Origin: a virus
Lineage: Duplodnaviria; Caudoviricetes
Length of the DNA: 64,000 nt
Reading direction: 5' to 3' (one strand)
IMG/VR virus record: IMGVR_UViG_3300028591_000158
Location: 21,044 to 85,043 of that record
The notes beneath the pieces are model-generated. The model was not told where the DNA came from, made no database searches, and saw only the letters and a list, made by a program, of their open reading frames with translations. This document shows positions 40,803 to 50,984 of the stretch, one piece after another. Both the position numbers and the translations under genes were made by a program. The stretch's first letter is position 1; every line of letters begins with the position of its first letter.

Positions 40803-41702
40803 ATGATATTATCACAATTAAAAGATCAAATTAAAGATAATACATTAGCAGATGATTTTTTAATATTTAAGTATACTGATAATACTTTTTTGATTGATCA
40901 ATATATTGAAGCTATCTGCAATCAAAAAGGTTTAATAAAGCATGTTGTTGAAAGTATATTTGAAATAAATGCTAGTGCTGGTGATTTTATCAAAAATACA
41001 GACTCTAACTTAAATATAATTTATACGGATGAATTTAATGATTATATGGATATTTATCCTAATAATACTATTGTAGTATGTAAGAAAATTGGCGATAAAT
41101 TAGATGGAGCTATTGATGAACAATGTGTAGTTGAATTTATTAAATTACAAGACTGGCATATTGTTGATTATATTTTATCACAATGTTCTGGGCTTGACAG
41201 AGAAGATAGTCAATGGTTATGTAATGCAGCAAATTTAGATATTTATAAAATTGAAAATGAATTAGATAAAATAAAATTATTTGATCAAAAACAACAAAGG
41301 CATGTATTGCAAGCGCTAAGATATGAAGAAAATTCTGAGCTTTATAATGCTACAGTTTTTGATTTTACCGATGCTATAATTACTAGGGATATACGAAAAA
41401 TTTCTGATATCTTAGAACATATAAATAACTGCGATATTGAGCCTTTAGGGGTCGTTAAATTGCTTTTAAATAAGTTCAAGCTAATTTTATTAGCTAATAA
41501 ACAAAGTGGCTTAAATGCGTCAGATTTAGAGATATCTCAAAAGTATTTTAATGCTCTTAGCTATTATTATAAAAGCTATACACCAGAGTATATTAAACCA
41601 AGATTAGAATTTCTTGCGGTCATTAATACAAGATTAGCTCAAGGTAAATTAGAAATGACTAAAGATCAATTAATGACTTATATGCTTTATCATATTTTAT
41701 AA
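40803..41702 (+). CDS. holA: Clamp loader delta-like subunit
   Basis: IENELDKIKLF, VFDFTDAI, EPLGVV.LL. Directly after dnaX and holB. Confidence 0.72.
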   Translation: MILSQLKDQIKDNTLADDFLIFKYTDNTFLIDQYIEAICNQKGLIKHVVESIFEINASAGDFIKNTDSNLNIIYTDEFNDYMDIYPNNTIVVCKKIGDKLDGAIDEQCVVEFIKLQDWHIVDYILSQCSGLDREDSQWLCNAANLDIYKIENELDKIKLFDQKQQRHVLQALRYEENSELYNATVFDFTDAIITRDIRKISDILEHINNCDIEPLGVVKLLLNKFKLILLANKQSGLNASDLEISQKYFNALSYYYKSYTPEYIKPRLEFLAVINTRLAQGKLEMTKDQLMTYMLYHIL

Positions 41703-41716
41703 GAGGTGATTTATTT

Positions 41717-42685
41717 TTGGAAGATTTAGAAAAATATTCATATTCAAAATTAGATACTTACATGCAATGCCCATTTAAATATAAATTAGTATATATAGAC
41801 AAGAAAAATATTTATACAGATAGTGTTGCAACTTTAATTGGAACACTTGTTCATGCAACTGAGGAAAATATTGCTAAACTAATTCAAAAAAATGAACCAA
41901 TTGATTATATTAAACTAAAAAATAATTTTATTATTAAAATAGCTGAAATTGAAAAGAAGTTTTATAAAGATTATTGAACTCCGGATAAAAACGGTGTTTT
42001 ATATAAAGATAAAATTTATTTTTATTTAGATAAAGGAATTTACCGTCTTGAGAAATTTATGAAAGAACATCCAACTTATAAAATAGTCGGAATTGAACAG
42101 GAATTCCTATTTGATTATGAAACAGCTAAAGTTAAAAAATGTAAATTTAAGGGTTTTATTGATAGAGTATTTTATGATACTGCTACTGATAAATATATTA
42201 TTCAAGATATAAAAACTTATGCAGAGCCAATTAGTGATGAAAAACTGACAACACCTTTACAATTTGTATTTTATACCCTAGCAGCAGATAATTTGTGGGG
42301 AGCTAAAGAAAACCAAATTATATGTCAATATGATTTACCATTTTTAGACCTTACTCAAGATGCTGGAACTAAAGGCTATATGACTCGTGGCAAAGCAAAA
42401 TTAGAAAAATTATTTGGTAGTATTGATAACAAAGATTTTAAACCAAATCCAACTCCATTATGTCATTGGTGTATATTCTGTCAAACTAATCCAAATCAGC
42501 CAGAAGCTGCTAAACACCTTTGTCCATATTATAGTCATTGGACAAGAGAAAATAAAACATTTAAAACAGAAAATGAGTGGCAAGGTATGGAAAACCATAA
42601 ACTTGTATTGGAACATTATCTTAAATCGCACAATGTCAGCCAAATAGAGGGAGGTGAATTGAATGGCAAAAGTAGTAGTAACTAA
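41717..42685 (+). CDS. Cas4/AddB-like PD-(D/E)xK exonuclease with Fe-S cysteines
   Basis: SYSKL..Y.QCP, GFIDR, DIKT, Q..FY, CHWCIFC...CP. TTG start. One TGA at 41975. Confidence 0.85.
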
Positions 42686-42884
42686 AAATACTGAAACTGG
42701 TGAACCAGAATCAATTGAAAATCTTCTAAAACGCTTTAAAAAGCAAGTTGTTAAGGATGAAATATTGTTAGAATGTAAGAAACGCCAATATTTCAGATCT
42801 AAGGCAGTTAAAAGACAAGAAAAGTCAGCTGCAGCTCAAAAACGTTTAAAAAGTAAGAAGAAAAAACAAATAAGAGCATTTTAA
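42663..42884 (+). CDS. rpsU: Ribosomal protein bS21 homolog
   Basis: ESIENLLKRFKK, ECKKRQYF.SKAVKR..K..AA.KR. Confidence 0.88.
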   Translation: MAKVVVTKNTETGEPESIENLLKRFKKQVVKDEILLECKKRQYFRSKAVKRQEKSAAAQKRLKSKKKKQIRAF

Positions 42885-42889
42885 AAAAT

Positions 42890-42920
42890 AGGAGAATTAT
42901 TGAATTCTCCTTTTCTTTTT
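42890..42920 (+). terminator. Rho-independent terminator
   Basis: AGGAGAATT/AATTCTCCT plus T-tract. Confidence 0.7.
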
Positions 42921-42964
42921 ACTGTATATTATATGAGAAATTTTTTGTAGGAGGTAGTCAAAAA

Positions 42965-43543
42965 ATGCTTACACAAGAACAAATTTTAGAGAATAAGACT
43001 AAATTTATAACTTTATTGTCTGAGCTAAATATTGATATTACAAATATATTTAAATATTTAGAGGCAATAGATTATTTTAATCAACCATTAACAGCAAATG
43101 CTCAGGGAGCATATCCTGGCGGTTTATGTAGCTATGCACTTGCATCTTTTAGAGAACTAAGCCAATTAATTATGGCATATTGTCCAACAGTATATACTAA
43201 AGAAGATGCTATTAAAGTAGCTTTATTTAAAGATATATTTAGAGCAGAGTTATATGAGCAATATAATGCTAATGTTAAAAATGAAACAACAGGTGCCTGG
43301 GAAAGTATTAAAGCTTATAGAGCTAAAAAAGAACACCCAACTTTTGGTGATTTAGGTTTTAGTTCTTTTATGATTACAAAACATTTTATAGATTTAACAG
43401 ATGATCAAATTGAAGCAATTTGTTTGGCATCAAGTAGAACATTATCTGGTCAGGATATGCCAGAAGTTTTAAGATCATATAAATTATCAACATTAACAAT
43501 TATGGCGGAATTAGCTGTTCGTTATATTAGTGATTGGGAGTAA
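42965..43543 (+). CDS. HD-domain-like protein lacking metal-binding histidines
   Basis: Overall pattern of phage HD proteins (F..P..A...AYPGGL, VALFKDI, L.DDQI.AI), but the expected HSL is YAL and LHD is FKD. Confidence 0.65.
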   Translation: MLTQEQILENKTKFITLLSELNIDITNIFKYLEAIDYFNQPLTANAQGAYPGGLCSYALASFRELSQLIMAYCPTVYTKEDAIKVALFKDIFRAELYEQYNANVKNETTGAWESIKAYRAKKEHPTFGDLGFSSFMITKHFIDLTDDQIEAICLASSRTLSGQDMPEVLRSYKLSTLTIMAELAVRYISDWE

Positions 43544-43549
43544 TTAATA

Positions 43550-44593
43550 ATGGCAAATAAAGTTTTAATTTTCAGTGATGTGCATTGGAGCACAACATCA
43601 AGCGTTATTAAAAAAAGAGGTACAAAATATTCAACTAGATTAGAACATTTAATTAACAGCATGAACTGAGTAAATAAACTTGCTGAAGATGAGGATTGCT
43701 CTTTTATGATCTGTGCTGGTGATATGATGGATCAAAGTGCTTGTAATGATGAAGAGATCACTGCAACACGTGAAATAGAATGAAATGATTTAAACTGCTA
43801 TTTCTTATGTGGAAACCATGAAAGTAGTGTAAATGATTTAAGTTTTAGTACAGTAAAATTATTTGAAGGTAAGAATCATTTTATTATTGATAATCCATAC
43901 TTATTAGAACCAAAAAATACTACAACACAAATTCATTTTATTCCATATATTGTAGAGTCCGATCGTACTGATTTAGCTAATTATTTAACTAATGTGGATA
44001 AGAGTAAAAAACAAGTAGTAATAAGTCATAATGATATTGCAGGTATTCAATACGGTGGATTTACAAGTAAGCTTGGCTTTAATATTACAGAAATTGAAAA
44101 TAATGTTGATTTATACTTAAATGGACATTTACATAATTCTGAATTTATAACTAAGAAAATCTTAAATGTCGGTAGTTTATCTGCCCATAATTTTACTAAT
44201 GATTCATTTAATTATAAATATGGAGCTTGAATTTTAGATTTAGACACACTTGAATTAAAATTCTTTGAAAATCCTTATGCTTTTAATTTTTATAAAATAG
44301 AAATAAATGATAGCAAAGATTTAAAAGTTTTAGATACACTTAAAGAAAGTGCTGTTGTAACTATTAAATATAATGAGGCTTTAGATAAAGAAGTTAAGCA
44401 ATTAGTACAGTTAAATAAAAATATTATATATTGTAGATATATAATTAAAAAAGATATAGTATCAACTAGTTTAATAGAATCAAATATATCTAATTTAACT
44501 GTTGATTATATTACCAAATTTGCTGAATTAGCTCTTGAAAAATTAGAAAATACACAAATATTGTCAGATGAACTTGCAATTATTTGTGCTTAA
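43550..44593 (+). CDS. sbcD: Mre11/SbcD-like nuclease
   Basis: SDVHW, AGDMMD, CGNHE, SHND, NGHLH, VGS. 3 internal TGA. Confidence 0.88.
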
Positions 44594-44653
44594 AAAAATA
44601 AATATTGATATATCGTATAATAATATATAAAGTTAAGAAAGTTGGTAAAATTA

Positions 44654-46516
44654 ATGTTAACTTTTAACAATATAGTTTTACATAATTTTGGTAGCTATAA
44701 TCACACAGAGCTAGACCTAAAAGATAAAGGTTTTTGTATTGTGTCTGGCCGAAATTACTGTAAAAAAGATAATGCATTTAGCAATGGTAGTGGTAAAACT
44801 TTTTTATTCCATGGAATATGTTTTGCTATTACTGGTGAGACAGTTAATGGATTACATAATAATTTAAAAAATATAAATATTGATGAAAACTTAGCTTATG
44901 TAACGCTTGATTTTAATGTTGATTCTGATCACTATATTATAACAAGATACATAGAGCCAAAATCAGATTTAAAAATAATTAGAAATGATGTGGATGTTTC
45001 AGGAAAAGGAATTAGAGAATCAGAAAAGAAATTAAGTGAGTATTTACCTGATTTAACTAAGGACTTATTAGCTTCTACGATTATTTTAGGGCAGGGCTTA
45101 CCTAATAAGTTTACAGCCTTTAGTCCCGTTGGAAGAAAAGAACTCTTAGAAAAATTAACAAAGTCTGATTTCATGATTGAAGACATGAAAACCAGAATTG
45201 CTAAACGTATTGAGGAATTAAATAGAAAACTAAGAGAATATGAAGATAGTTTATTAGTAAATAATACACAATTAACTAACATTAATGCTTTAATTACAAA
45301 AACAGAGTCTGAGCTTGCTAGTACTGCAAAACCAGAAAATGATTCAAAAGTAAAGGAATTAACAGAATTAATTAGTGATATTAATAATAGACTGGCAGTT
45401 ATTAATTTATCTATCACTGAGATAGAAGCTGATGTTGAAAAAGAAAATGCTAAGTTATTAAAATATAACGAAGATAAAAGCACAACATTAGCTGCCGAGG
45501 CAGAAGGTTATAATAATCGTTTTAGAGATGAGTCTATTGCTAAGGTAAAACTTGAGTCTGAAATTAACTCATTAACACTTGAAATTAATAAATTAAAAAA
45601 TATTACAGACATTTGTCCAACATGTGGCCAAAAAATACCAGGTGTTCAAAAACCTAGTACTATAAAGCTAGAAGAAAGTCTTAGCGAGTTAAATGTTAAA
45701 TTAGTCAATCAAAATAAAACTATTGCTGAAATAAATCAAAAGCATATTAATAATCAACAGATTATAAATAATAGTTTTTCAGGTGACATTAAATCAAGTT
45801 CAGATTATTTGGCAGCTCTTAAAATTAATTTAAATAAATTAAAAGAAACCAAAAATAGTCTTACTAATGAACTAAGCGTAAATAGTGGTTTATTAGAGAA
45901 AATAAATTATGATCTGCTAAATTATGACAAAACAATTAATAAGCTAAAAGCAGAGCTTTTAGAAAGTACAAAACAAAAACAAAAGTATGAGAGTATAATA
46001 AAGCTTACTGAAGAAGGTAAAAATGATACAGTTGAGCATCTGTCAATAGTTAGAAAATTAGATTCTTTAAGTAAAAGAGAATATAGAGGCTATATATTAA
46101 CTAATATAATTAATCATTTAAATATAAAAACAAAAGAATACAGTAGATTAGTATTTGGTACTGATGAATTTGAAATTTATTTAGATGGTAATGCACTTGA
46201 TATTTCATATTGTGGTAAGTTAGTTGAAAGCTTATCTGGTGGTGAACGAACAAGAGTTGATTTAATTCTACAATTTGCAATTAGAGACCTATTAAGTTCA
46301 CAATTAAATATTACATCAAATATCTTAGTGTTAGACGAAGTTACAGACTTTTTAGATGCTACAAGCTGTGCTGCTGTTATGCAGTTAATAGAAAATGAAT
46401 TAAATATGGTTGAGTCTGTATTTATTATAAGTCACCATGCAGAGTCATTAAATTTATCTTTTGACTCAGAAATAAAAGTAGTTAAAAACTCAGAAGGAAT
46501 AAGTGAGGTATATTAG
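44654..46516 (+). CDS. sbcC: Rad50/SbcC-like SMC ATPase
   Basis: NGSGKT, coiled coils, CPTCGQ hook, LSGGE, LDE, ISH. Confidence 0.93.
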   Translation: MLTFNNIVLHNFGSYNHTELDLKDKGFCIVSGRNYCKKDNAFSNGSGKTFLFHGICFAITGETVNGLHNNLKNINIDENLAYVTLDFNVDSDHYIITRYIEPKSDLKIIRNDVDVSGKGIRESEKKLSEYLPDLTKDLLASTIILGQGLPNKFTAFSPVGRKELLEKLTKSDFMIEDMKTRIAKRIEELNRKLREYEDSLLVNNTQLTNINALITKTESELASTAKPENDSKVKELTELISDINNRLAVINLSITEIEADVEKENAKLLKYNEDKSTTLAAEAEGYNNRFRDESIAKVKLESEINSLTLEINKLKNITDICPTCGQKIPGVQKPSTIKLEESLSELNVKLVNQNKTIAEINQKHINNQQIINNSFSGDIKSSSDYLAALKINLNKLKETKNSLTNELSVNSGLLEKINYDLLNYDKTINKLKAELLESTKQKQKYESIIKLTEEGKNDTVEHLSIVRKLDSLSKREYRGYILTNIINHLNIKTKEYSRLVFGTDEFEIYLDGNALDISYCGKLVESLSGGERTRVDLILQFAIRDLLSSQLNITSNILVLDEVTDFLDATSCAAVMQLIENELNMVESVFIISHHAESLNLSFDSEIKVVKNSEGISEVY

Positions 46517-46519
46517 AGC

Positions 46520-47338
46520 ATGTTATGAAAGAAACCAGCCGGAGTACATTACACAGAACTATGTATGTTTATTGATGAAAATGTACCCTTAATTTTAGAA
46601 CCAGGAAAATATCCACAACTAGAGGATAAGATATATAATTATCTGTGATTAGTTGTAAAAGCTTTAGCTATTAAAAAGAGAATGTTTACTAATTTCTCTG
46701 ACTATGATCCATTTTCTTTTTATGCAGCTAATAGATTATTTTTTGCATTAAGAAAAAATCTAATAAATCAAGGTAAAGTAATTAAAGGAAAAGAAATAAG
46801 ACCGATAAAATCATGTTTAAACTATATGAAAACATTACTTTATCCTATGAAGGTTGAATATCAAAATGAAAACTATAAAATAGTTATATCAGAAGAATTT
46901 GTAGCTAAAAAATTTGATGCTTTTAAGTATGAAGAACAGTTAAAGAATGAAGTTAGATATAGTAAAGAAGTAGTCGATCAATTCCATAAATATGTTACAG
47001 AAACATTTTCAAGAATAGATATGGTAATAGATAAAGTATTAAAGAAATCACCATTCACAAGTAATACGCTAGATTATAAAAAAATTAAAATATCTATATT
47101 ATTAAATAGTTTACATTCATTAAGAACAAAAAAGAAGCTTGAAGTTGATAATGGAGCTATAATATTGTGGAAGCTCCCAAAAACTATGACAAGCTATGTA
47201 AGATTATTATTAAATGAATTCTATTCTGAAATTAAACTACAAATTATGGAATGTTATGAAGTAGTAGCTGTCGATGATAACATGATAGAAAAAATAATAT
47301 CAGGTCAGGATGGACAAAACTATGAGTACGACGAATAA
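46520..47338 (+). CDS. Hypothetical protein, possibly a divergent sigma-factor region-2 fold
   Basis: Starts ML(W=TGA)KKP. Helical pattern loosely like sigma region 2. Confidence 0.45.
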
Positions 47339-47753
47339 TGTTACAAAAAATCTTAATACATTACGTTTATCTGACATATATTCTTTAATGCTATTTATAT
47401 TATATAAATTACAAGATAATCCAGATTATGCAGTATTAAGTGAACTTTGCTATCTGTTAGACGGAGCAAATTTAACAAGATTGTTAGCTTATTTTGAAGG
47501 TAAAACAGTAACTTTTCCTACTGCTGATGATATGTCAATTTTAACAGCTGCATTATTGCTATACCAATATATAATGGTAGACGGTATGAGCTTGACAGAA
47601 GCTCAAGGAAAATTAAATAATGTTACACCTAAAAAGAAAGAAAAAGCAACAAATTTATTCTTACAGATTGTTCCTATAATGAAACAATATAATGTTGACA
47701 GAGGAAAATTTAAATATGTCAAATCAAAATCAAGAACAAGAACAAAAAAGTAG
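47322..47753 (+). CDS. Mor-like / HTH DNA-binding protein
   Basis: RLLAYFEGKTVTFPT resembles the Mor-family L..YFGG..IYIP motif. Confidence 0.45.
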   Translation: MSTTNNVTKNLNTLRLSDIYSLMLFILYKLQDNPDYAVLSELCYLLDGANLTRLLAYFEGKTVTFPTADDMSILTAALLLYQYIMVDGMSLTEAQGKLNNVTPKKKEKATNLFLQIVPIMKQYNVDRGKFKYVKSKSRTRTKK

Positions 47754-47979
47754 GCCAAGTGAGACCTACATTTCAAGAGGTGAAAGAACTTTTGAAACAC
47801 GCTTATTATTTATTTATGATTTATTCAATGAACCATATGAAAAAATAGATATAATGACAAGTTGTGTAAAATTTAAACTAAATACTTCCTTAGAGGAGTA
47901 CTTATGGGCTTTACACAAAGTTGATTGAGCAATTAAAGGTAAAGACCCAATGAAATTATTAAAAAGAGTGGACGGTTAG
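47716..47979 (+). CDS. Hypothetical protein
   Basis: RBS GAGGA. One TGA. TAG 47977-47979. Confidence 0.65.
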
Positions 47980-47984
47980 AAAAA

Positions 47985-48308
47985 ATGATACAACATAATT
48001 TAATTGAAAATTTAAGTAATTATACAAAAGTGCCTAATAAAATTTTAACAGAATTAAATAGAAAGGCAGAACTTTGTATTGGAAGTGCAATCAATGATGC
48101 TTTATTAGCAGGTGAAACTGATTTATTAATCAATATTGGTGTAGGAGTACTAAGTATTAATTTAACTGATATGCAATGTAAGTTTACACCTGGAAAGGAT
48201 TTAAAGCAAATTATCAAAACTAGTATTGCTTCAAAAGTTGATCCATTAGAACTTGAATTAGATAAAGCATTAGCAGACAAATTAGTTGCAATTTGTGAGG
48301 GAATATAA
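47985..48308 (+). CDS. HU/IHF-like protein with shortened beta-arm
   Basis: N-terminal helices, GE...INIGVG.L and KFTPGKDLKQII, like HU G.GTF...FKPGKALKDAV. Confidence 0.5.
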   Translation: MIQHNLIENLSNYTKVPNKILTELNRKAELCIGSAINDALLAGETDLLINIGVGVLSINLTDMQCKFTPGKDLKQIIKTSIASKVDPLELELDKALADKLVAICEGI

Positions 48309-48312
48309 TATT

Positions 48313-48870
48313 ATGGCTGATTTAGGTAGTGATCAAGAAAAAGAAGTAAAAAGTTTACAAATTAATAACTTAGCTGATGAACTAGAACTACTTAATGAGG
48401 AGTCAAAAGAAATTATTAATCAATTAATTCAAGAACAAGATCCTGAAAAAACAAAAGATCTAACTAATTTATTTAATATTAATCAAACTAAAAAAACAAT
48501 GGCTAGAATTGATAAATTAAATAATGTGTTAGATGGCTTAACAGATGAAACAGCTAGACGACTTGTTTCAAAACCTGATCAAATTTCAACAAAAGAATTA
48601 CTTGATGCAATAAAAATTACTCAAGATGTTCTTGAACGTAGCCAAAAACAGGCAAGTGGCATTAATGATGCACCATTAATTCAAATTAATACACAAACAA
48701 ATATAAAAGAAGTAAAAGCTGAAACAATGTCACGTGAATCAAGAATTAAAGTTCAAAATGTAGTCAATGAGTTATTAAAAAACATAAACACAGAAGTACA
48801 AGCAGCAGAAAAAAATGATATTATTGATGCTGAAGTTACTGACATAGGAGATAAGACTGATAATGACTAG
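48313..48870 (+). CDS. Helical hypothetical protein, possible terminase small subunit
   Basis: Coiled-coil, LIQINTQTNI and IIDAEVTD C-terminal pattern. Weak. Confidence 0.4.
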   Translation: MADLGSDQEKEVKSLQINNLADELELLNEESKEIINQLIQEQDPEKTKDLTNLFNINQTKKTMARIDKLNNVLDGLTDETARRLVSKPDQISTKELLDAIKITQDVLERSQKQASGINDAPLIQINTQTNIKEVKAETMSRESRIKVQNVVNELLKNINTEVQAAEKNDIIDAEVTDIGDKTDND

Positions 48871-49162
48871 TGATATTACTAAATTATTAAAAAAATTAAA
48901 TATAAAAGACACAGGAAAGTATGATAATCATTTTTATGTTATCCAACTTTCAGATAGTGATGAATATGCAAAATATTATACAAAGCTTGATGAGCTAGCA
49001 ATTAATCAAGAAGATCCTGGTTTTGGTACAAATACTAATAATACAACAGTAAAAGTTACCAATTATTTTGAAATAGAAGTTGACAGTGTTAAATACCAAT
49101 TATTTTTAATTGCAAATTTTGTAGATGACACTTATTATCTAAAAATTAAGGAGCAAAATTAG
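48863..49162 (+). CDS. Hypothetical protein
   Basis: Intact coupled ORF. Confidence 0.7.
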   Translation: MTSDITKLLKKLNIKDTGKYDNHFYVIQLSDSDEYAKYYTKLDELAINQEDPGFGTNTNNTTVKVTNYFEIEVDSVKYQLFLIANFVDDTYYLKIKEQN

Positions 49163-49537
49163 ATGATCTATGATTATAATCAAGCTACAATGTTTCTAAA
49201 TACCCTAGAAGTCAAAGATTTTGGAAACACAGCTATTAGATCGACAACAGAAGAGGGATTGGAGCTATATTTAATAATTGCAACAAGTCAAGGATCAACA
49301 TTACTTATAGAATTTGGTCCAATTTTACCTGACTTACCTGTTTTACCTAAAGGATATAGCTTAAGTTGTTCAACTTTTGCATTTAAAGAATCAAAAATAG
49401 ACAAAGCAATTACTGATTTATTAAACAATACAAAGTATCCAGCAGTAAATGCTGAAGTAATTGACCCTTTAGATGCATTATGTGCTCTCCCAAATATTAA
49501 AGAAGTATTAGAATATCATATGTCAGAGGAGCATTAA
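49163..49537 (+). CDS. Hypothetical protein
   Basis: RBS AAGGAG, intact ORF. Confidence 0.7.
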   Translation: MIYDYNQATMFLNTLEVKDFGNTAIRSTTEEGLELYLIIATSQGSTLLIEFGPILPDLPVLPKGYSLSCSTFAFKESKIDKAITDLLNNTKYPAVNAEVIDPLDALCALPNIKEVLEYHMSEEH

Positions 49538-49540
49538 TAA

Positions 49541-49918
49541 ATGGCAAAATTACAATTAGCAATATATTATAAAAAAATGCTTAATCAGTACTTAGAAATG
49601 AAAAAAGATTTAGCTGATTTTGAAAAAGCACTTGCTGATGGCTATATTACAGAAGATAAATTAGTTGAAGTAAAAGAAGATGTAGCAAAGTTGGAAGCAA
49701 ATTATGAAAGAATAGCTTTTATAATGTTTAAATTAGAAGAACCAAGACAATCAAAGAGAAAAGAAAAGTGGAAAAAACAAAATAGTGAGCTTTTCTCTAT
49801 GTTTAATGAATTAGGTGCTGATGTTGATTCAGTAGAAGATGAAAACGAAAGTCTTTTAAAGTCAATGAAAGAGCAATTAAAGACAATTTTAGAGAATAAC
49901 AAGGAAAATAAAGATTAA
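49541..49918 (+). CDS. Hypothetical coiled-coil protein
   Basis: RBS GAGGAG, intact ORF. Confidence 0.7.
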   Translation: MAKLQLAIYYKKMLNQYLEMKKDLADFEKALADGYITEDKLVEVKEDVAKLEANYERIAFIMFKLEEPRQSKRKEKWKKQNSELFSMFNELGADVDSVEDENESLLKSMKEQLKTILENNKENKD

Positions 49919-49945
49919 AATAGGTAATTTTATACCTATTTTTTT
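49917..49945 (+). terminator. Rho-independent terminator
   Basis: AAAATAGGTA/TACCTATTTT plus T-tract. Confidence 0.7.
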
Positions 49946-49962
49946 GAATAAAGGAGAAAATT

Positions 49963-50733
49963 ATGTGCGAAATTATAACAGATATAGAAAAATTGAATGA
50001 ACCATCTAGCCCATTACAATTTTTAGATGGCGAAGTTACACATAAAGAAGAGGGAATTGAAATAATTAATAAATTAAAAAGTGCATTAGAGCAAAATAAA
50101 GATTTATTAGCTATTTCAGCACCTCAAATTGGAATTAATAAAAGAGTTATTTGTATAAAATTTAATGATGTTATAAAAACTTTCATTAATCCAATATTAA
50201 CTAAGAAAAAAGGAATGGTAATTGCTCCTGAAACCTTCTATGGCATGACTGGAAAAGAGATTTTAATTGGAAGACCTGAAGAAATATCACTTGTTTATTA
50301 TAATGAAGACTTTAAGTATGAAGATAATAAATTATTAGGACTTGCAGCTAGACTTTTTGACCAACAATATCAATTATTAGACGGTATAACACCAGCAGAT
50401 CTTGGACTTGTATCAGATGTTGAAGCAGATGGCTCAATTTTTAATCTAACTGATGAAGAATTTAATGAACTTGCTGAATTTTATAAAAATTATGTGGCTG
50501 TAAAATCAAAAGCAGCAAAAGAACAGCTAGATACAGATGAGGAAGTTGCAAAAAATTATAAGTCTTTGAAATTTTCTGAAGATGTTATCAATGGTAGAAC
50601 TTTAATAATTGATGAAGCTGATACAGAAGCAGTTGCTCAAAAGAATAGAACAATGAATTTTTATAAAAATCAATCAAAAAAGCAAGCTCACCAAATAGAA
50701 TTACAAAATTTTACTAAAAAACACAGAAAGTAG
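49963..50733 (+). CDS. def: Peptide-deformylase-like protein with degenerate active site
   Basis: AISAPQIG..KR.I, FINP, RPEEI...Y, GLAARLF...LDGI. EGCLS is ETFYG and HEIDH is QQYQL. Confidence 0.82.
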   Translation: MCEIITDIEKLNEPSSPLQFLDGEVTHKEEGIEIINKLKSALEQNKDLLAISAPQIGINKRVICIKFNDVIKTFINPILTKKKGMVIAPETFYGMTGKEILIGRPEEISLVYYNEDFKYEDNKLLGLAARLFDQQYQLLDGITPADLGLVSDVEADGSIFNLTDEEFNELAEFYKNYVAVKSKAAKEQLDTDEEVAKNYKSLKFSEDVINGRTLIIDEADTEAVAQKNRTMNFYKNQSKKQAHQIELQNFTKKHRK

Positions 50734-50744
50734 GAGGTAACTAT

Positions 50745-50963
50745 ATGACAGAAGAATATATTAAGGACTTTAGTGGCTATATTTTAGGTTATATCGTGCA
50801 TGAAGACAATGGGGACGAAAAAGTAGTTGATTTTGATACTAGAAAAGTGCTTGGTTATTATAAAGCATCTGAAAATACTACAAGAGAATTTTCTGGTAAA
50901 ATAGTTGGACGTGGAAATAGACTATCTGAATTATTATATAAAGAAAAGAATAAAAATAAATAA
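50745..50963 (+). CDS. Hypothetical protein
   Basis: RBS AGGAGGT. Internal repeat (DFSG.ILGY / EFSGKIVG). Confidence 0.7.
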   Translation: MTEEYIKDFSGYILGYIVHEDNGDEKVVDFDTRKVLGYYKASENTTREFSGKIVGRGNRLSELLYKEKNKNK

Positions 50964-50984
50964 TAGTATAAGAGGCAAATATTA

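Noticed and set aside
41717-42685. CRISPR-Cas locus implied by the Cas4-like gene
   Set aside because: No repeat-spacer array or other cas gene in the window. Solo Cas4/AddB-like nucleases are common in phage recombination modules.
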